A stretch of DNA of 64,000 nucleotides, taken from an uncultured Verrucomicrobiae bacterium (lineage in GTDB: Bacteria > Verrucomicrobiota > Verrucomicrobiia > Chthoniobacterales > Chthoniobacteraceae). Below the pieces are notes generated by a model. The model searched no databases. It had not been told where the DNA came from and saw only the letters and a list, made by a program, of their open reading frames with translations. The stretch is from contig CAVYKI010000006.1 of the NCBI GenBank assembly GCA_963769025.1, positions 288,001 through 352,000 of the forward strand, given 5' to 3'. Numbering within the stretch: position 1 is the first letter of the stretch; every line of letters begins with the position of its first letter. A program made the position numbers and the translations under genes. Positions 52,868 through 62,725 of the stretch are shown one piece after another.

Positions 52868-53042
52868 GGGAAAAACCCGCGCGCAGCGCGCAAACGCCTC
52901 GCAACCCTTCCCCAATCGGGTCCCGCCCCTTGGACTGCGGCGGCTCGCCACCGCTTTGCGGCCGCGAGCCTAGGCGGGCGCGGGCCGGAAATTCCAGCCG
53001 CGCCGCTCCCCATCCTTCCCGGCAAGCCTCGAAGCCGGGAGC

Positions 53043-53318
53043 CGCGGCTCCGGCAGCTTCCTCATCCGCGCCTTTGAGCGCGTATGCGAGCACTGGCAGG
53101 AGTGGCTCACGGAGAATCCCGACAAACGGAAAAGGAAATGGTGCTGGGTGGAGAAGATGCTGGCATTGACGCCGAACCTGAGGGCGGCGAAGACGGATGC
53201 GGAGAAGGCCACGCTGCAAAACGCCGTGAGCAAGACCGACCATGACATCGACGCGCTGGTGTATGAACTCTACGCCCTCACGCCCGATGAAATCGCGCTG
53301 GTGGAGGGTGGCGCATGA
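53043..53318 (+). pseudogene. Collapsed remnant of a type IIG restriction-modification / N6-adenine methyltransferase gene
   Basis: One frame reads GSGSFLIRAFE (SAM-binding motif I) and, about 25 codons later, VEKMLAL...IDALVYELYALTPDEIALVE* (typical C-terminus of these enzymes). Confidence 0.78.
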
Positions 53319-53330
53319 TGAACCACTAAA

Positions 53331-53886
53331 ATGAACAGCCCAACCGACGAAAGAGAAGCTCGCACTGGAGTGCGAAAAGCTTCGCATTGAAATCGCCGCA
53401 CTGAACCCGAAGGGTCTTTCCGGCAGAATATCCCAGCACTCGGTGCTGGTTTCCATGCTCGTGGGATTGCTTGGCTTTGGCTTTGGAATTTACCAGTACC
53501 GCGTACAACAAGGGGAAAATCAGGAACAGGAACGTGAGAGCCGGGACCGTGAGTTCATGAAGCCGCTTTGGGAAAAACAGCTCGCGACTTACTTTGAGGC
53601 GTCCGAGGCAGCGTCCACCATCGCGATGACCACGGACGGCGGGGAACGGACGAAAGCGATCAACAAGTTCTGGATGCTCTACCAGGGGCCTCTGGTGATC
53701 GTCGAATCGCCGGCTGTTTCCGGGGCGATGCAAGACTTTGGGAATGCTTTAAGTGGAAAAACGAAGGGCGACTTGCGCGACCTTTCGAAGAAGCTGGCAT
53801 CGGCATTTCAAGAATCGCTGATCGAGGGTGCCAATCTCCGTCTGGATAAGTTTAGAGAAGGAAAATTTGACTATCGCAGCAAATGA
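53331..53886 (+). CDS. Hypothetical single-TM protein (possible indel near the start)
   Basis: Frame open from about 53335 to 53886 with one TM helix; ATG 53331 is one base off; visibly more A/T-rich than the flanks. Confidence 0.6.
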
Positions 53887-54338
53887 AAGCGAGCGGTCCG
53901 AGCAGCAGGCTGTCGCCAAAAGCGGAAAAAGCGACGCTCCGCGAAGAGTTCGCCGAGTGGCGTGCAGCACTGCCCACGGCGCTCGAAAGGGATACCTTGC
54001 TCACCCCGGAATGGGTGGCCGAGAGCGTGGTGCGGGAGGCGGAACGGTATCTGCGAGCCGACTTGCCGCCGGGCTACGCCGAACGGCTCGCGGCCAAGGC
54101 GCATCACCTTTATCCGCGGCACAAGCACTTTCACAAGATGCTGAACCGCCCCGGCAACCGTGGCCGGGACAATCTCTACACGTATATGCGCCACTGGACG
54201 TGCAGTTGGCTGAAGCGGGAACGCTACGCGCTCTACAAAAAGCTCCCGTGGTCCTTCGCGCTGGGAGTCTCCCTTTACCCCATGCGGAAGAAGACGCCGG
54301 TGCGCGCGCGGGCCGGTGCGCACGCGAGGGCTGCGTGA
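53883..54338 (+). CDS. Hypothetical protein
   Basis: 151-aa ORF with ATGA overlap on the upstream stop. Confidence 0.6.
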   Translation: MKASGPSSRLSPKAEKATLREEFAEWRAALPTALERDTLLTPEWVAESVVREAERYLRADLPPGYAERLAAKAHHLYPRHKHFHKMLNRPGNRGRDNLYTYMRHWTCSWLKRERYALYKKLPWSFALGVSLYPMRKKTPVRARAGAHARAA

Positions 54339-54620
54339 GGCTCGATCCAACCGAGGGGAAGTAGCGGGGACCGAGGGACTGATTACCCGCCGTTCTTCCG
54401 TATTCTCGGCGTGCCAGCCTCGCCTGCGAAGGTGCGGGGATGTGCAATCACTGCCGGAAGGACCGGAAGGTCATCGGGCGGACCGTGAGCCGCATCCCCC
54501 TTGTCCCGATCCCGATGCCGATGGAGACGTTGCCCACTGGAGTTCTGAGTTGAGGGTTGAGAGGGGGGGCGAGGGGACGCGACGGGGAGACTTGGACAGG
54601 TGGGTAGCAACGAGGCATCT

Positions 54621-54677
54621 ACCCTGAAAGGGTTGCAGCGGGCCGGCCTTGCCGATGGCTTGAACCCCTTTCAGGGT
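54621..54677. repeat. REP-like inverted repeat
   Basis: ACCCTGAAAGGG (54621) pairs with CCCTTTCAGGGT (ending 54677). Confidence 0.75.
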
Positions 54678-54799
54678 TGCGGCGTTTTCATCGGACGTCC
54701 CAATGCCCTTCTGCATGACGCTCCGGATGGCGTCGGTGCCCGACATCACCCGTCTCGCGGGACGGGCGAGCTTTCGAGAGGCCCGCCCCGCAAGCTTGT

Positions 54800-55267
54800 T
54801 TACGACACCTTGACCTCGATGGCCTTGGTCTTGGCCTTCTCGGTCTTGGGCAGGTGGACCATCAGCACGCCGTTCTTGAAGTCCGCCTGGACGTGGCCGG
54901 TGTCGGCCCCTTCCGGCAGCGTGAACGCGCGCATGAACGAGCCGTAGCTGCGCTCGATGCGGTGATACTTCGTGTCCTTCTCTTCCTTCTCCATCTTGCG
55001 CTCGCCGCTGATGCGGAGGATGCCGTTTTCAACGGTCACCTTGACGTCTTCCTTTTTGACCTCGGGCAGCTCGGCCTTCACGAGGAATTCCTTGTCATCC
55101 TCGATGATGTCGGTGAGCGGTTCCCATGACGTGGTGGACATGGCCTCATCCCCATCACCGGGACCGGTGCCGAAGATGCGTGCGAGTCCGCGCTCGAAAT
55201 CCGCCATGTGTCCGAACGGATCCCAGCGCTTCGTTGGGGTTGGATTCCATTTGGTTAGCAGGTTCAT
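54800..55267 (-). CDS. Hsp20/alpha-crystallin small heat-shock protein
   Basis: WEPLTDI, AELPEVKKEDVKV, ISGERK, ERSYGSFMRAFTLP, NGVLMVHLPK; AGGAG SD upstream. Confidence 0.96.
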   Translation of the reverse strand: MNLLTKWNPTPTKRWDPFGHMADFERGLARIFGTGPGDGDEAMSTTSWEPLTDIIEDDKEFLVKAELPEVKKEDVKVTVENGILRISGERKMEKEEKDTKYHRIERSYGSFMRAFTLPEGADTGHVQADFKNGVLMVHLPKTEKAKTKAIEVKVS

Positions 55268-55526
55268 AACTACTCCTTTCCCGGCCGCGATTGCGTTTCC
55301 CCCGGGGCTGAAGCAGCCGGGCTTTTCCAGCACCGGAGGCGGGGTTTTCCCCACGCCCCAATATACCCGCGGAGGGCCTTTCCCGCAACGCGATCTTCCG
55401 CCGGTTTCCGCGCCCTCCACGTTTTGGAAAACGGTGCGGTCCTGGCGAAGGAGGAGGGGATCATCGTCTGCCGGCGGTCTGCCGGGGCGATGCAGGGAAG
55501 GGGGCGCGCGGGCAGGATTGGCCGCG

Positions 55527-56607
55527 TTACAGGACCTTGTCCGCGTCGTCGCCGAGGAACATGCGGAAGCGGTTTTTGTCGATGGCCTTCATGTAGGCTT
55601 CGACGGGGCTGACCATGCCCTGCTGCATGACGCTCCAGATGGCGTCGTCCATGAACTGCATGCCTTCGCCTTTGCCGCCGATGATGACGTCCTGGAGCTT
55701 TTGCGTGGCGCCTTCGCGGATGATGGCGCTGACGGCGGTGTTGACGACCAGGATTTCGTTCACGGCGAGACGGCCGCCGGTGTCGCAGCGTTTCAGCAGG
55801 AGCTGGGCGACGACGCCGCGCAGGGAGGCCGCGAGCATGGTGCGGACCTGCGACTGCTGGTCGGCGGGGAAGACGTCGACGATACGGTCCACGGTCTTGC
55901 GGGCGTTGTTCGTGTGCAGCGTGCCGAAGACGAGCAGGCCCGTCTCCGCGGCGGTGAGCGCGAGCGGGATGGTTTCCAGGTCGCGCATTTCGCCGACGAG
56001 CACGATGTCGGCGTCTTCGCGCAGCGCGGCCTGCAGGCCCTGCGGAAAGCTCGGCGTCTGCTCGGGCACTTCGCGCTGGGTGATGATGCTCTTCTTGTTC
56101 GCGTGCACGAACTCGATCGGCTCCTCGACGGTGATGATGTGCCGCGTGAAGTTCGTGTTGATGTAGTCGATCAGCGCCGCGAGCGTCGTGGACTTGCCGG
56201 AGCCGGTCGGGCCGGTGACGAGCACGAGGCCGCCGCGCATGTGGCCGAACTCCTTGACGACCGGCGGGATGCCGAGCTGCTCGAGCGTCATGATCTTCGT
56301 CGGGATGAGACGGAAGACGCAGCCGAGCCGTTGCGTCTGCTTGAGGTAGTTGCAGCGGAAGCGCGAGTCCTCGTCCATCTCGTAGGCGAAGTCGAGGTCG
56401 CCCGTTTTCGATGATAGCGCGCCCAGCGCTCGGGGCCCGCAGATTTCGCTCATCATGTAGGCCATCTCCTCCTGCGTGAGGATTTCCTCGCGGATGGGCA
56501 TGATGCCGCCGTGCGCGCGGATCTTCGGCGGCTGGCCTTCGCCGAGGTGAAGGTCGGAGGCGCCCGCCTGCGATGAGGACTTCGAAGAACTGATCGATGT
56601 AGGCCAT
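55527..56607 (-). CDS. pilT: PilT/PilU-family ATPase (several indels at 56400-56580)
   Basis: ASDLHL, GPTGSGKSTTLAA, EEPIEF, ALREDADIVLVGEMRD, FGTLHT, GMQFMD. Confidence 0.9.
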
Positions 56608-56647
56608 GGGGAGTGAAGAGTTGAGGTTGAGAAGTTGGCGAGTTGAG

Positions 56648-57880
56648 TCAGCTCGACTTGACCGGAGATGCTGTCGCGCATGACTGCGCATCTGTTCTGC
56701 TCGGCGCGCGTAGTAGCATTCCTCCTCGGTGATCAGGCCCTCGTCGATAGAGTTCGCGCAGCGAGTCGTCCATGAGGCGCATGCCCACGCTTCCGCCGGT
56801 CTGCATGACGCCGGGGAGCATGAAGGTCTTGCCTTCGCGGATGCAGGTGGCGACGGCGGCGGTGTTGCACGAGGATTTCGAGCGCGAGCACGCGGCCGTT
56901 GCCGTCGGCGCGCGGGACGAGCTGCTGGGAGATGATGCCGCGCAGCGATTCGGTGACCATGACGCGGATCTGGTCGCGCTGGTCGACGGGGAAGACGTCG
57001 AGCACGCGGTCCAGGGTGCGCGCGGCGTTGCCGGTGTGCAGCGTGCCGAGCACCAGGTGGCCCGTTTCCGACGCGGTGATGGCGAGCTGAGATGGTTTCC
57101 AGGTCGCGCATTTCACCGACCATGATGACGTCCGGATCTTCACGCAGCGCGCCGCGGAGGGCGTGCGGCGAAGGATCTTGGTGTGCGTGTGCACTTCGCG
57201 CTGGTTGACGTGGCAGCCCTTCGAGGCGATGACGTATTCGATCGGGTCTTCGAGCGTGATGATGTGGTCGTGCCGCGTCTCGTTCACGTCATCGACCAGC
57301 GCGCCAGCGTGGTGGATTTGCCGGAGCCGACGGAGCCGGTGACGAGGATGAGGCCGTTGTGATATTGCGTGAGCATGCTTCAGGCGTCTGCGGGAGGCCG
57401 AGGTCGTCCATCGTCCGGAGCTTGCGTGTTGATGATGCGGAAGACCATGTCGATGCCGAGGCGCTGCCGGACGACGGAGGCGCGGAAGCGGCCGAAAGTC
57501 GTGGCGTAGGCGAAGTCCACGTCGCCGCGCTCAAAGAGGAGCTTGCTTCTGCGCCTCGTTGAGAAAGCCCATCGCAAGCCGCTCGGTGTCGGTCGGCGGT
57601 GAGTTCCGGCGGCCTGGAGCCAGATGGGTTCGAGATTGCCGTAGCGCCGCCACATCGGCTTGCAGTTCACCGGGAGATGGATGTCCGACGCGTCGGACTC
57701 CTGGCCTTTGCGGAGATACTCGTCCACGTGCTCGAGTGTCTGCGGCGGGGCCGCTTCGACGACTTGCACGGCGTGGGCGACGGCCACCGGAACTGCGACG
57801 GGCACTGCGACTGGAACTGCTACGGGAACTGCTACGGGTACCGCCTTCGGCACGCGTTCCTGAGGGTTTTTCGGATCCAT
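56648..57880 (-). CDS. pilT: Second PilT/PilU-family ATPase (many indels; 3' end approximate)
   Basis: Fragments in alternating frames: ASDIHL, GSVGSGKSTT, LEDPIEY, NQREV, ALREDPDVIMVGEMRD, ETGHLVLGTLHT. Confidence 0.82.
57780..57850 (-). repeat. 12-bp tandem repeat encoding (VPVA)n in the PilT N-terminal extension
   Basis: Translation VPKAVPVAVPVAVPVAVPVAVPVAVAHAV. Confidence 0.85.
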
Positions 57881-57940
57881 TTTTGAGAAGGAGGCGAGAG
57901 AGCTAGTGGGGTGACGATCGAATGCAATTCAAACTTGGCA

Positions 57941-58348
57941 TCACGGCTTGCCGGAATCGCCGGGCTCTCCCGGCTTCCCGGTGCGATGAAACCGCCTGAG
58001 GATTTCACCGATGCTGCCGCCTGCAAGCTCGGAAAGCACCGGCAGCGCAAATGTGAACGCAAACTTCGCCGCGGAAAAGGCCGCGCCCAGTTTCCCCGCT
58101 CCGACCTTTCTGCCGCTGTCGCGGTCAACGAAGACCGTCTTCTTGCGCGAGGGGATTTTCGAGAGAAGGAATCCCGCAATCGCCGCGCCGCCGAGCCATG
58201 CGGGCCGGTGGCGGCGGAAGTTTTCCGAAGCGCGCGTCGGCACGTCGAGGCGGTGGCGGAGCGCCTCGCCCGTCGCGGAAAGCCGCACGCGCGCCGCCGC
58301 GAGTTCGGCTACGAGTGCCTGTTTGTCCTGTTGTGCTGATCCAGCCAT
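57941..58348 (-). CDS. Hypothetical protein (YqjK-like position and pattern)
   Basis: KQALVAELAAARVRL...WLGGAAIAGFLL; third gene of the DUF883 operon. Confidence 0.65.
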   Translation of the reverse strand: MAGSAQQDKQALVAELAAARVRLSATGEALRHRLDVPTRASENFRRHRPAWLGGAAIAGFLLSKIPSRKKTVFVDRDSGRKVGAGKLGAAFSAAKFAFTFALPVLSELAGGSIGEILRRFHRTGKPGEPGDSGKP

Positions 58349-58738
58349 TCCTGATCCTTTTTAAGCTCGGCGGTGGTGATGGGAAAGATCGGAGTGCCGA
58401 GGCGTGATTTCAGCGCGAGGCCGAGCGCCACGACTCCCGCAAAATGAAGCGCGGCCATGACTAGCGCCGCCCACACCCAGCCGTTCGGGCCGCCGAATGC
58501 CTTCCCGAGCAGGAACACCGCCGCGAGGCACGCGAAGAGCCAGCCGAACGCGCCGAGCACGATCGCGGCGCCCGACGATGAGCAGCAGCTTGAACCCGTG
58601 CCCCGCCGCCTCGCGGCCTTCGAGCGAGGCGAGACGCAGCCGTGCCGAGGCATATTGCGCGCACGAGGCAAAAAAGGACCGCGCGCTTCCTGCCATGCCC
58701 GTGTTCCCGTTGCCGGGCGTTGGCGCCGGTTCAGCCAT
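58309..58738 (-). CDS. YqjE/phage-holin-like family membrane protein (frameshift near 58570)
   Basis: ARLRLASLEGRE, two TM helices, FPITTAELKKDQEWL. Confidence 0.78.
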
Positions 58739-58744
58739 CCTGTG

Positions 58745-59014
58745 CTACCGCCGGAAGATCAGGCCGATGACAAACCCGACGCCGACCGCCGCGAGGAGGC
58801 TCTTGGCCGGATGCTCGCGGACGTAATCCTCGATTTCCTTCTGCACTCCGCGCGCCTTGTCCGTCCATTCGCCTGCGACGCCGCCGGCCCGCTCGCGGAA
58901 TTCGCGGGCAGCCTCTGCCGCCGCGTCCCGGATTTCCGCGGCCGCCGCCCGCGCGTGCGCCTTGGAGGCTTCAAAGTGATCCTGGTTTCCGTTGTCTGGG
59001 TTTGGAGTGCTCAT
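58745..59014 (-). CDS. DUF883/ElaB/YqjD-family tail-anchored protein
   Basis: C-terminal YVREHPAKSLLAAVGVGFVIGLIFRR. Confidence 0.88.
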   Translation of the reverse strand: MSTPNPDNGNQDHFEASKAHARAAAAEIRDAAAEAAREFRERAGGVAGEWTDKARGVQKEIEDYVREHPAKSLLAAVGVGFVIGLIFRR

Positions 59015-59057
59015 GGTTCGCGTAGGAGGTTTCGGCTTCAGGCGGGATTCTGGTCGC

Positions 59058-59276
59058 TTATTGTTCGCGGAAAATGATCCGCGCTTTGGTCAGGTCGTAA
59101 GGCGACATTTCCAGCTCCACTTTGTCGCCGGGCACGATGCGTATGAAGTTCTTCCTCATTTTGCCAGAGATATGTGCGAGGAGGCGATGGCCGTTGGCGA
59201 GCTCCACCCGGAACATGGTGCCGGGGAGCACGTCCTTCACAGTCGCTTCGGTTCGGATGCAGTCTTCTTTAGACAT
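59058..59276 (-). CDS. infA: Translation initiation factor IF-1
   Basis: MSKED...[49 protein letters not shown]. Confidence 0.98.
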   Translation of the reverse strand: MSKEDCIRTEATVKDVLPGTMFRVELANGHRLLAHISGKMRKNFIRIVPGDKVELEMSPYDLTKARIIFREQ

Positions 59277-59423
59277 GAAACGCGGGGAATAAGTGCCTGT
59301 GCCGACGAGGAAAATCAACAACGGAGTGAGCGAAGCGGAATCGGACCGTTTCCCCGGCGGACGGAGCGCAGTCGCTTGCCATCGCCCGGGTGAATGCTCA
59401 CGGTGCGCGCCCAATCACCGGCC

Positions 59424-62400
59424 ATGTCCGACGAAACCGCTCCCATTCCACACGAGCCGCATCCGCCGGCGGGCATCGGGGACTCGACGATGCGTCTGCT
59501 TTTCGAGGTCGGCGGTGCCGAGGCTGCTGCCGCGGCGCGCGACGCGGTGGCAGAGGGGCCCGGAGGCACCATCGGCCGCTACCGGCTGATCGAAAGGCTC
59601 GGCGAGGGCGGCTTCGGCACGGTGTGGCGCGCGGAGCAGAGCGAGCCCATCCGGCGCGAAGTGGCGCTGAAGGTCATCAAGGCTGGCATGGATAGCGCGG
59701 AGATCATCGCGCGCTTCGAGGCGGAGCGGCAGGCGCTGGCGCTGATGGAGCACCCGAACATCGCCGGCGTGCTGGACGCGGGCACGACGGAGAACGGGCG
59801 GCCATTTTTCGTCATGGAACTTGTGAGGGGCCTGTCGATCACCGAGTACGCCGACGAGAGGAAGCTGACGATCCGCGAGCGGCTGGAGCTTTTCATCCCC
59901 GTCTGCCACGCCGTGCAGCACGCGCACCAGAAGGCGATCCTGCACCGTGACCTGAAGCCCTCGAATATCCTCGTCAGCGAGGTGGACGGACGTCCCGTGC
60001 CGAAGGTGATCGACTTTGGCATCGCCAAGGCGCTCGGCGGGGCGGGCGACGGTGCGCTGGGCGCAAACGTGCAGCTCACGCAGACCGGTACTTTCATCGG
60101 CACGCCGCGCTACATGAGTCCCGAGCAGGCGGGCGCGAAGCCGGACCTGGACACGCGCAGCGACATCTACACGCTCGGCGTGATCCTCTTTGAACTGCTC
60201 ACGGGCGACACGCCGCTGAGCGTGCAGACGCTTCGCAGCGCGGCATTCGACGAGATGCTCCGCATGATCCGCGAGAGCGAGCCGCCGCGCCCGAGCAACC
60301 GCGTGACCGGCGCGACGGAGCTCATCCGCACGGCCGCGACCACGCGCGGCACCGAGCCCGCGAAGCTCACGCGCACGCTGCGTGGCGACCTCGACTGGAT
60401 CGCGCTGCGTGCGCTGGAAAAGGACCGCGAGCGCCGCTACGGCAGCGCGGCGGCGCTCGCCGCGGACATCGCGCGCCATTTGCACAGCGAGCCTGTCGAG
60501 GCCGGGCCGCCGAGCGCGCTCTACCGGTTCCGCAAGCTGGTCCGACGCAACCGTGTCGCATTCGCCGCCGCCGCGATCATCCTTTTCCTGCTGGTGACCG
60601 GCATCGCCGTGAGCACCTGGCAGATGATCCGCGCGATGCGGGCCGAAAAGCGCGCCGACAGCGAGGCGCAGATCGCGCGTGCCGTCACCGATTTCCTGGA
60701 GGACGATCTGCTCCAGCAGGCGGGCAGTCGCAAGCAGGTGGAGTCCGGCTTCAAGCCCGACCCGGACCTCACCGTCCGGCAGGCGCTGGATCGCGCGTCG
60801 GAGAAAATCGGCGACCGTTTCAAGGACAGGCCGCTCGTCGAGGCCGAGGTGCAGTCCACGATCGGGAAGTCGTACCACGATCTCGGCGCCTACGAGAGCG
60901 CGCTGCCGCATTTCCTCCGCGCGCTGGAACTCCGCACCGCGGCGCTGGGCGCCGAGGACGCCAAGACGGTGGGCGTCCGGCACAACATCGGCATGCTGCT
61001 GAATAATATGGGGCGATTTTCCGAGGCGGAGACGATGAACCGCGGGACGGTTGCGCTTTACGAAAAGATCCTCGGCCCGACGCACAAGGACACGTTTTCG
61101 GTGCGGAACAATCTCGCGGCGTCGATGTATGGGCAGCATCGTTTCGCGGAAGCGGAAGCGGAATGGCGGGCGATGCAGGCGAGCGAGGCGGGGCAGCCTC
61201 ATTTCGAGAAGAAGCCAGCAACCTACCGGCACAACATCGCCGAGGCGCTCCGCAAGCAGGGGAAATTCGCCGAAGCCGAAGCCGAGCACCGTGCGGACCT
61301 TGAGGAAGCCCGGCGCGTGCTCGGTCCGGAAAATCCCGACACACTGGTGGCCTGGACGGGCGTCGTCGTCTCGCTGATCAGCCAGGGTAAGGGCGCGGAG
61401 GCCGAGGCGGAATGCCGGAAGCTCCTCGCCCTCCAGGGGCGCGTGCTCGGCCCGGATCATCCCGAGACCGTGGACACGCGGACGAACCTGGGCATCGCGC
61501 TTGAAACGCTCAACCGCTTTTCGGAGGCGGAGACGGAATATCGCCGCGTCCTTTCCACGCGCGAGCTTTCCCAAGGACCTGAAGATCCTACTGTCCTCGC
61601 GATGCGCCTTCGCCTCGCCGGATTGGCCGGCAACCAAGGCCGGCATGCCGATGCGGAGGTGCAGTTCCGGGAATTGGCTGCCGTGCGGGAGCGTGTGCTC
61701 GGGCCGGAGCATGCGGATACCTTGAAAGTGCGCGCCTTTCTCGCGACGGCGCTGAAGGAACTCGGCAGGCTGCCGGAGGCCGAAAAGGAAATCCGCGCCG
61801 TGCTGGCCGTGATGGACCGCAAGCCTGGCGCGAACACGCTCGCGGCCATCGAGAACCGCGAACTGCTCGGCCTGATCCTCGGCAGGCAGAAGGGGCTCGC
61901 GGCGGAGGAAAAGGAATACCGCCTGGCGATTGCGGATCGGGAGCGCCTCTTCGGAAAGGAACACGCCGGTACGCTTTCCACGCGGATGAGCCTCGCGGTC
62001 TGCATGTACCGGCAAGCCAAATACGCCGAGGCCGAGGCGGAGTTCCGGTCGCTGCTCGAGGCTTATCACCGGCTGAATGGCCCGGAGGATCGGGCTACCA
62101 TCATGGCGCGGGACAACCTCGGAAACGCCTTCGGCGCGCAGGGCCGCCACGCCGAGGCTGAGATTGCCCATCGCGACGCGTGGCTGGCCGCGCAACGTTC
62201 ACTCGGGCCGGAAAATTCGCTTTCGCTCCATGCGCGCCTCGCCTTTGCCGACGCTCTGCGCGAGCAGAAAAAGTTCACGGAAGCCGAGGCAGAATACCGA
62301 TCCACAGTCGCCGGGTTTGATCGGAGCGGCGGCGTTGAAAGGCCCGACATGCTCCGGGCGCTCCACAATCTCGCCCTCACGCTCCGCCAGCTCAATCGCC

Positions 62401-62522
62401 ACGCCGATGCCGTGCCTTTTGCCCGCCGTGCCCACATGGGCAGACAGAAGACGCTTGGCGACTCCCATCAGGAGACCAAGGACTCCAAAAAGCTCCTCGA
62501 CGAGCTCGCGGCTGCGCCTTGA
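59424..62522 (+). CDS. Ser/Thr protein kinase with TM helix and 42-aa TPR repeats
   Basis: LGEGGFGTVW, VALK, HRDLKPSN, IDFGIAK, GTPRYMSPEQ, GDLDWI; TM; repeated ..LGPEHxDT units. Confidence 0.95.
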   Translation: MSDETAPIPHEPHPPAGIGDSTMRLLFEVGGAEAAAAARDAVAEGPGGTIGRYRLIERLGEGGFGTVWRAEQSEPIRREVALKVIKAGMDSAEIIARFEAERQALALMEHPNIAGVLDAGTTENGRPFFVMELVRGLSITEYADERKLTIRERLELFIPVCHAVQHAHQKAILHRDLKPSNILVSEVDGRPVPKVIDFGIAKALGGAGDGALGANVQLTQTGTFIGTPRYMSPEQAGAKPDLDTRSDIYTLGVILFELLTGDTPLSVQTLRSAAFDEMLRMIRESEPPRPSNRVTGATELIRTAATTRGTEPAKLTRTLRGDLDWIALRALEKDRERRYGSAAALAADIARHLHSEPVEAGPPSALYRFRKLVRRNRVAFAAAAIILFLLVTGIAVSTWQMIRAMRAEKRADSEAQIARAVTDFLEDDLLQQAGSRKQVESGFKPDPDLTVRQALDRASEKIGDRFKDRPLVEAEVQSTIGKSYHDLGAYESALPHFLRALELRTAALGAEDAKTVGVRHNIGMLLNNMGRFSEAETMNRGTVALYEKILGPTHKDTFSVRNNLAASMYGQHRFAEAEAEWRAMQASEAGQPHFEKKPATYRHNIAEALRKQGKFAEAEAEHRADLEEARRVLGPENPDTLVAWTGVVVSLISQGKGAEAEAECRKLLALQGRVLGPDHPETVDTRTNLGIALETLNRFSEAETEYRRVLSTRELSQGPEDPTVLAMRLRLAGLAGNQGRHADAEVQFRELAAVRERVLGPEHADTLKVRAFLATALKELGRLPEAEKEIRAVLAVMDRKPGANTLAAIENRELLGLILGRQKGLAAEEKEYRLAIADRERLFGKEHAGTLSTRMSLAVCMYRQAKYAEAEAEFRSLLEAYHRLNGPEDRATIMARDNLGNAFGAQGRHAEAEIAHRDAWLAAQRSLGPENSLSLHARLAFADALREQKKFTEAEAEYRSTVAGFDRSGGVERPDMLRALHNLALTLRQLNRHADAVPFARRAHMGRQKTLGDSHQETKDSKKLLDELAAAP

Positions 62523-62602
62523 GAGGACGCCCGTCGTCCACCCGGCGGGGGAGTTTCGCAGCGGCCATGGCGGCGCATGCCAGCGGACGGGTGACGGACC
62601 GC

Positions 62603-62630
62603 TTGACATCGACCCCCCGGTCATTACTTT
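62603..62630 (+). promoter_or_regulatory. Putative sigma-70 promoter of rpsA
   Basis: TTGACA (62603-62608), 16-nt spacer, TACTTT (62625-62630). Confidence 0.65.
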
Positions 62631-62725
62631 GCCCGCCCCTTTTCCCGTAATAGGCATCCGCATGTGCAGGTGCCCGGGCGAGGGGAAACAATCCGGTAAC
62701 CGTGGTTTGAAACATTCGTAATATC

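Noticed and set aside
55268..55526. CIRCE element or RNA thermometer upstream of hsp20
   Set aside because: No TTAGCACTC-N9-GAGTGCTAA, and no convincing SD-sequestering hairpin was found by eye.
56300..57600. Programmed frameshifting or true pseudogenisation of pilT
   Set aside because: Indels are numerous and scattered without slippery motifs while codon bias and motifs remain intact, which is best explained by low sequence quality.
58309..58738. Prophage inferred from the holin-like family name
   Set aside because: The gene is in the yqjDEK-like cellular context with no phage genes nearby.
59415..62195. 926-aa minus-strand ORF
   Set aside because: Antisense shadow of the kinase gene.
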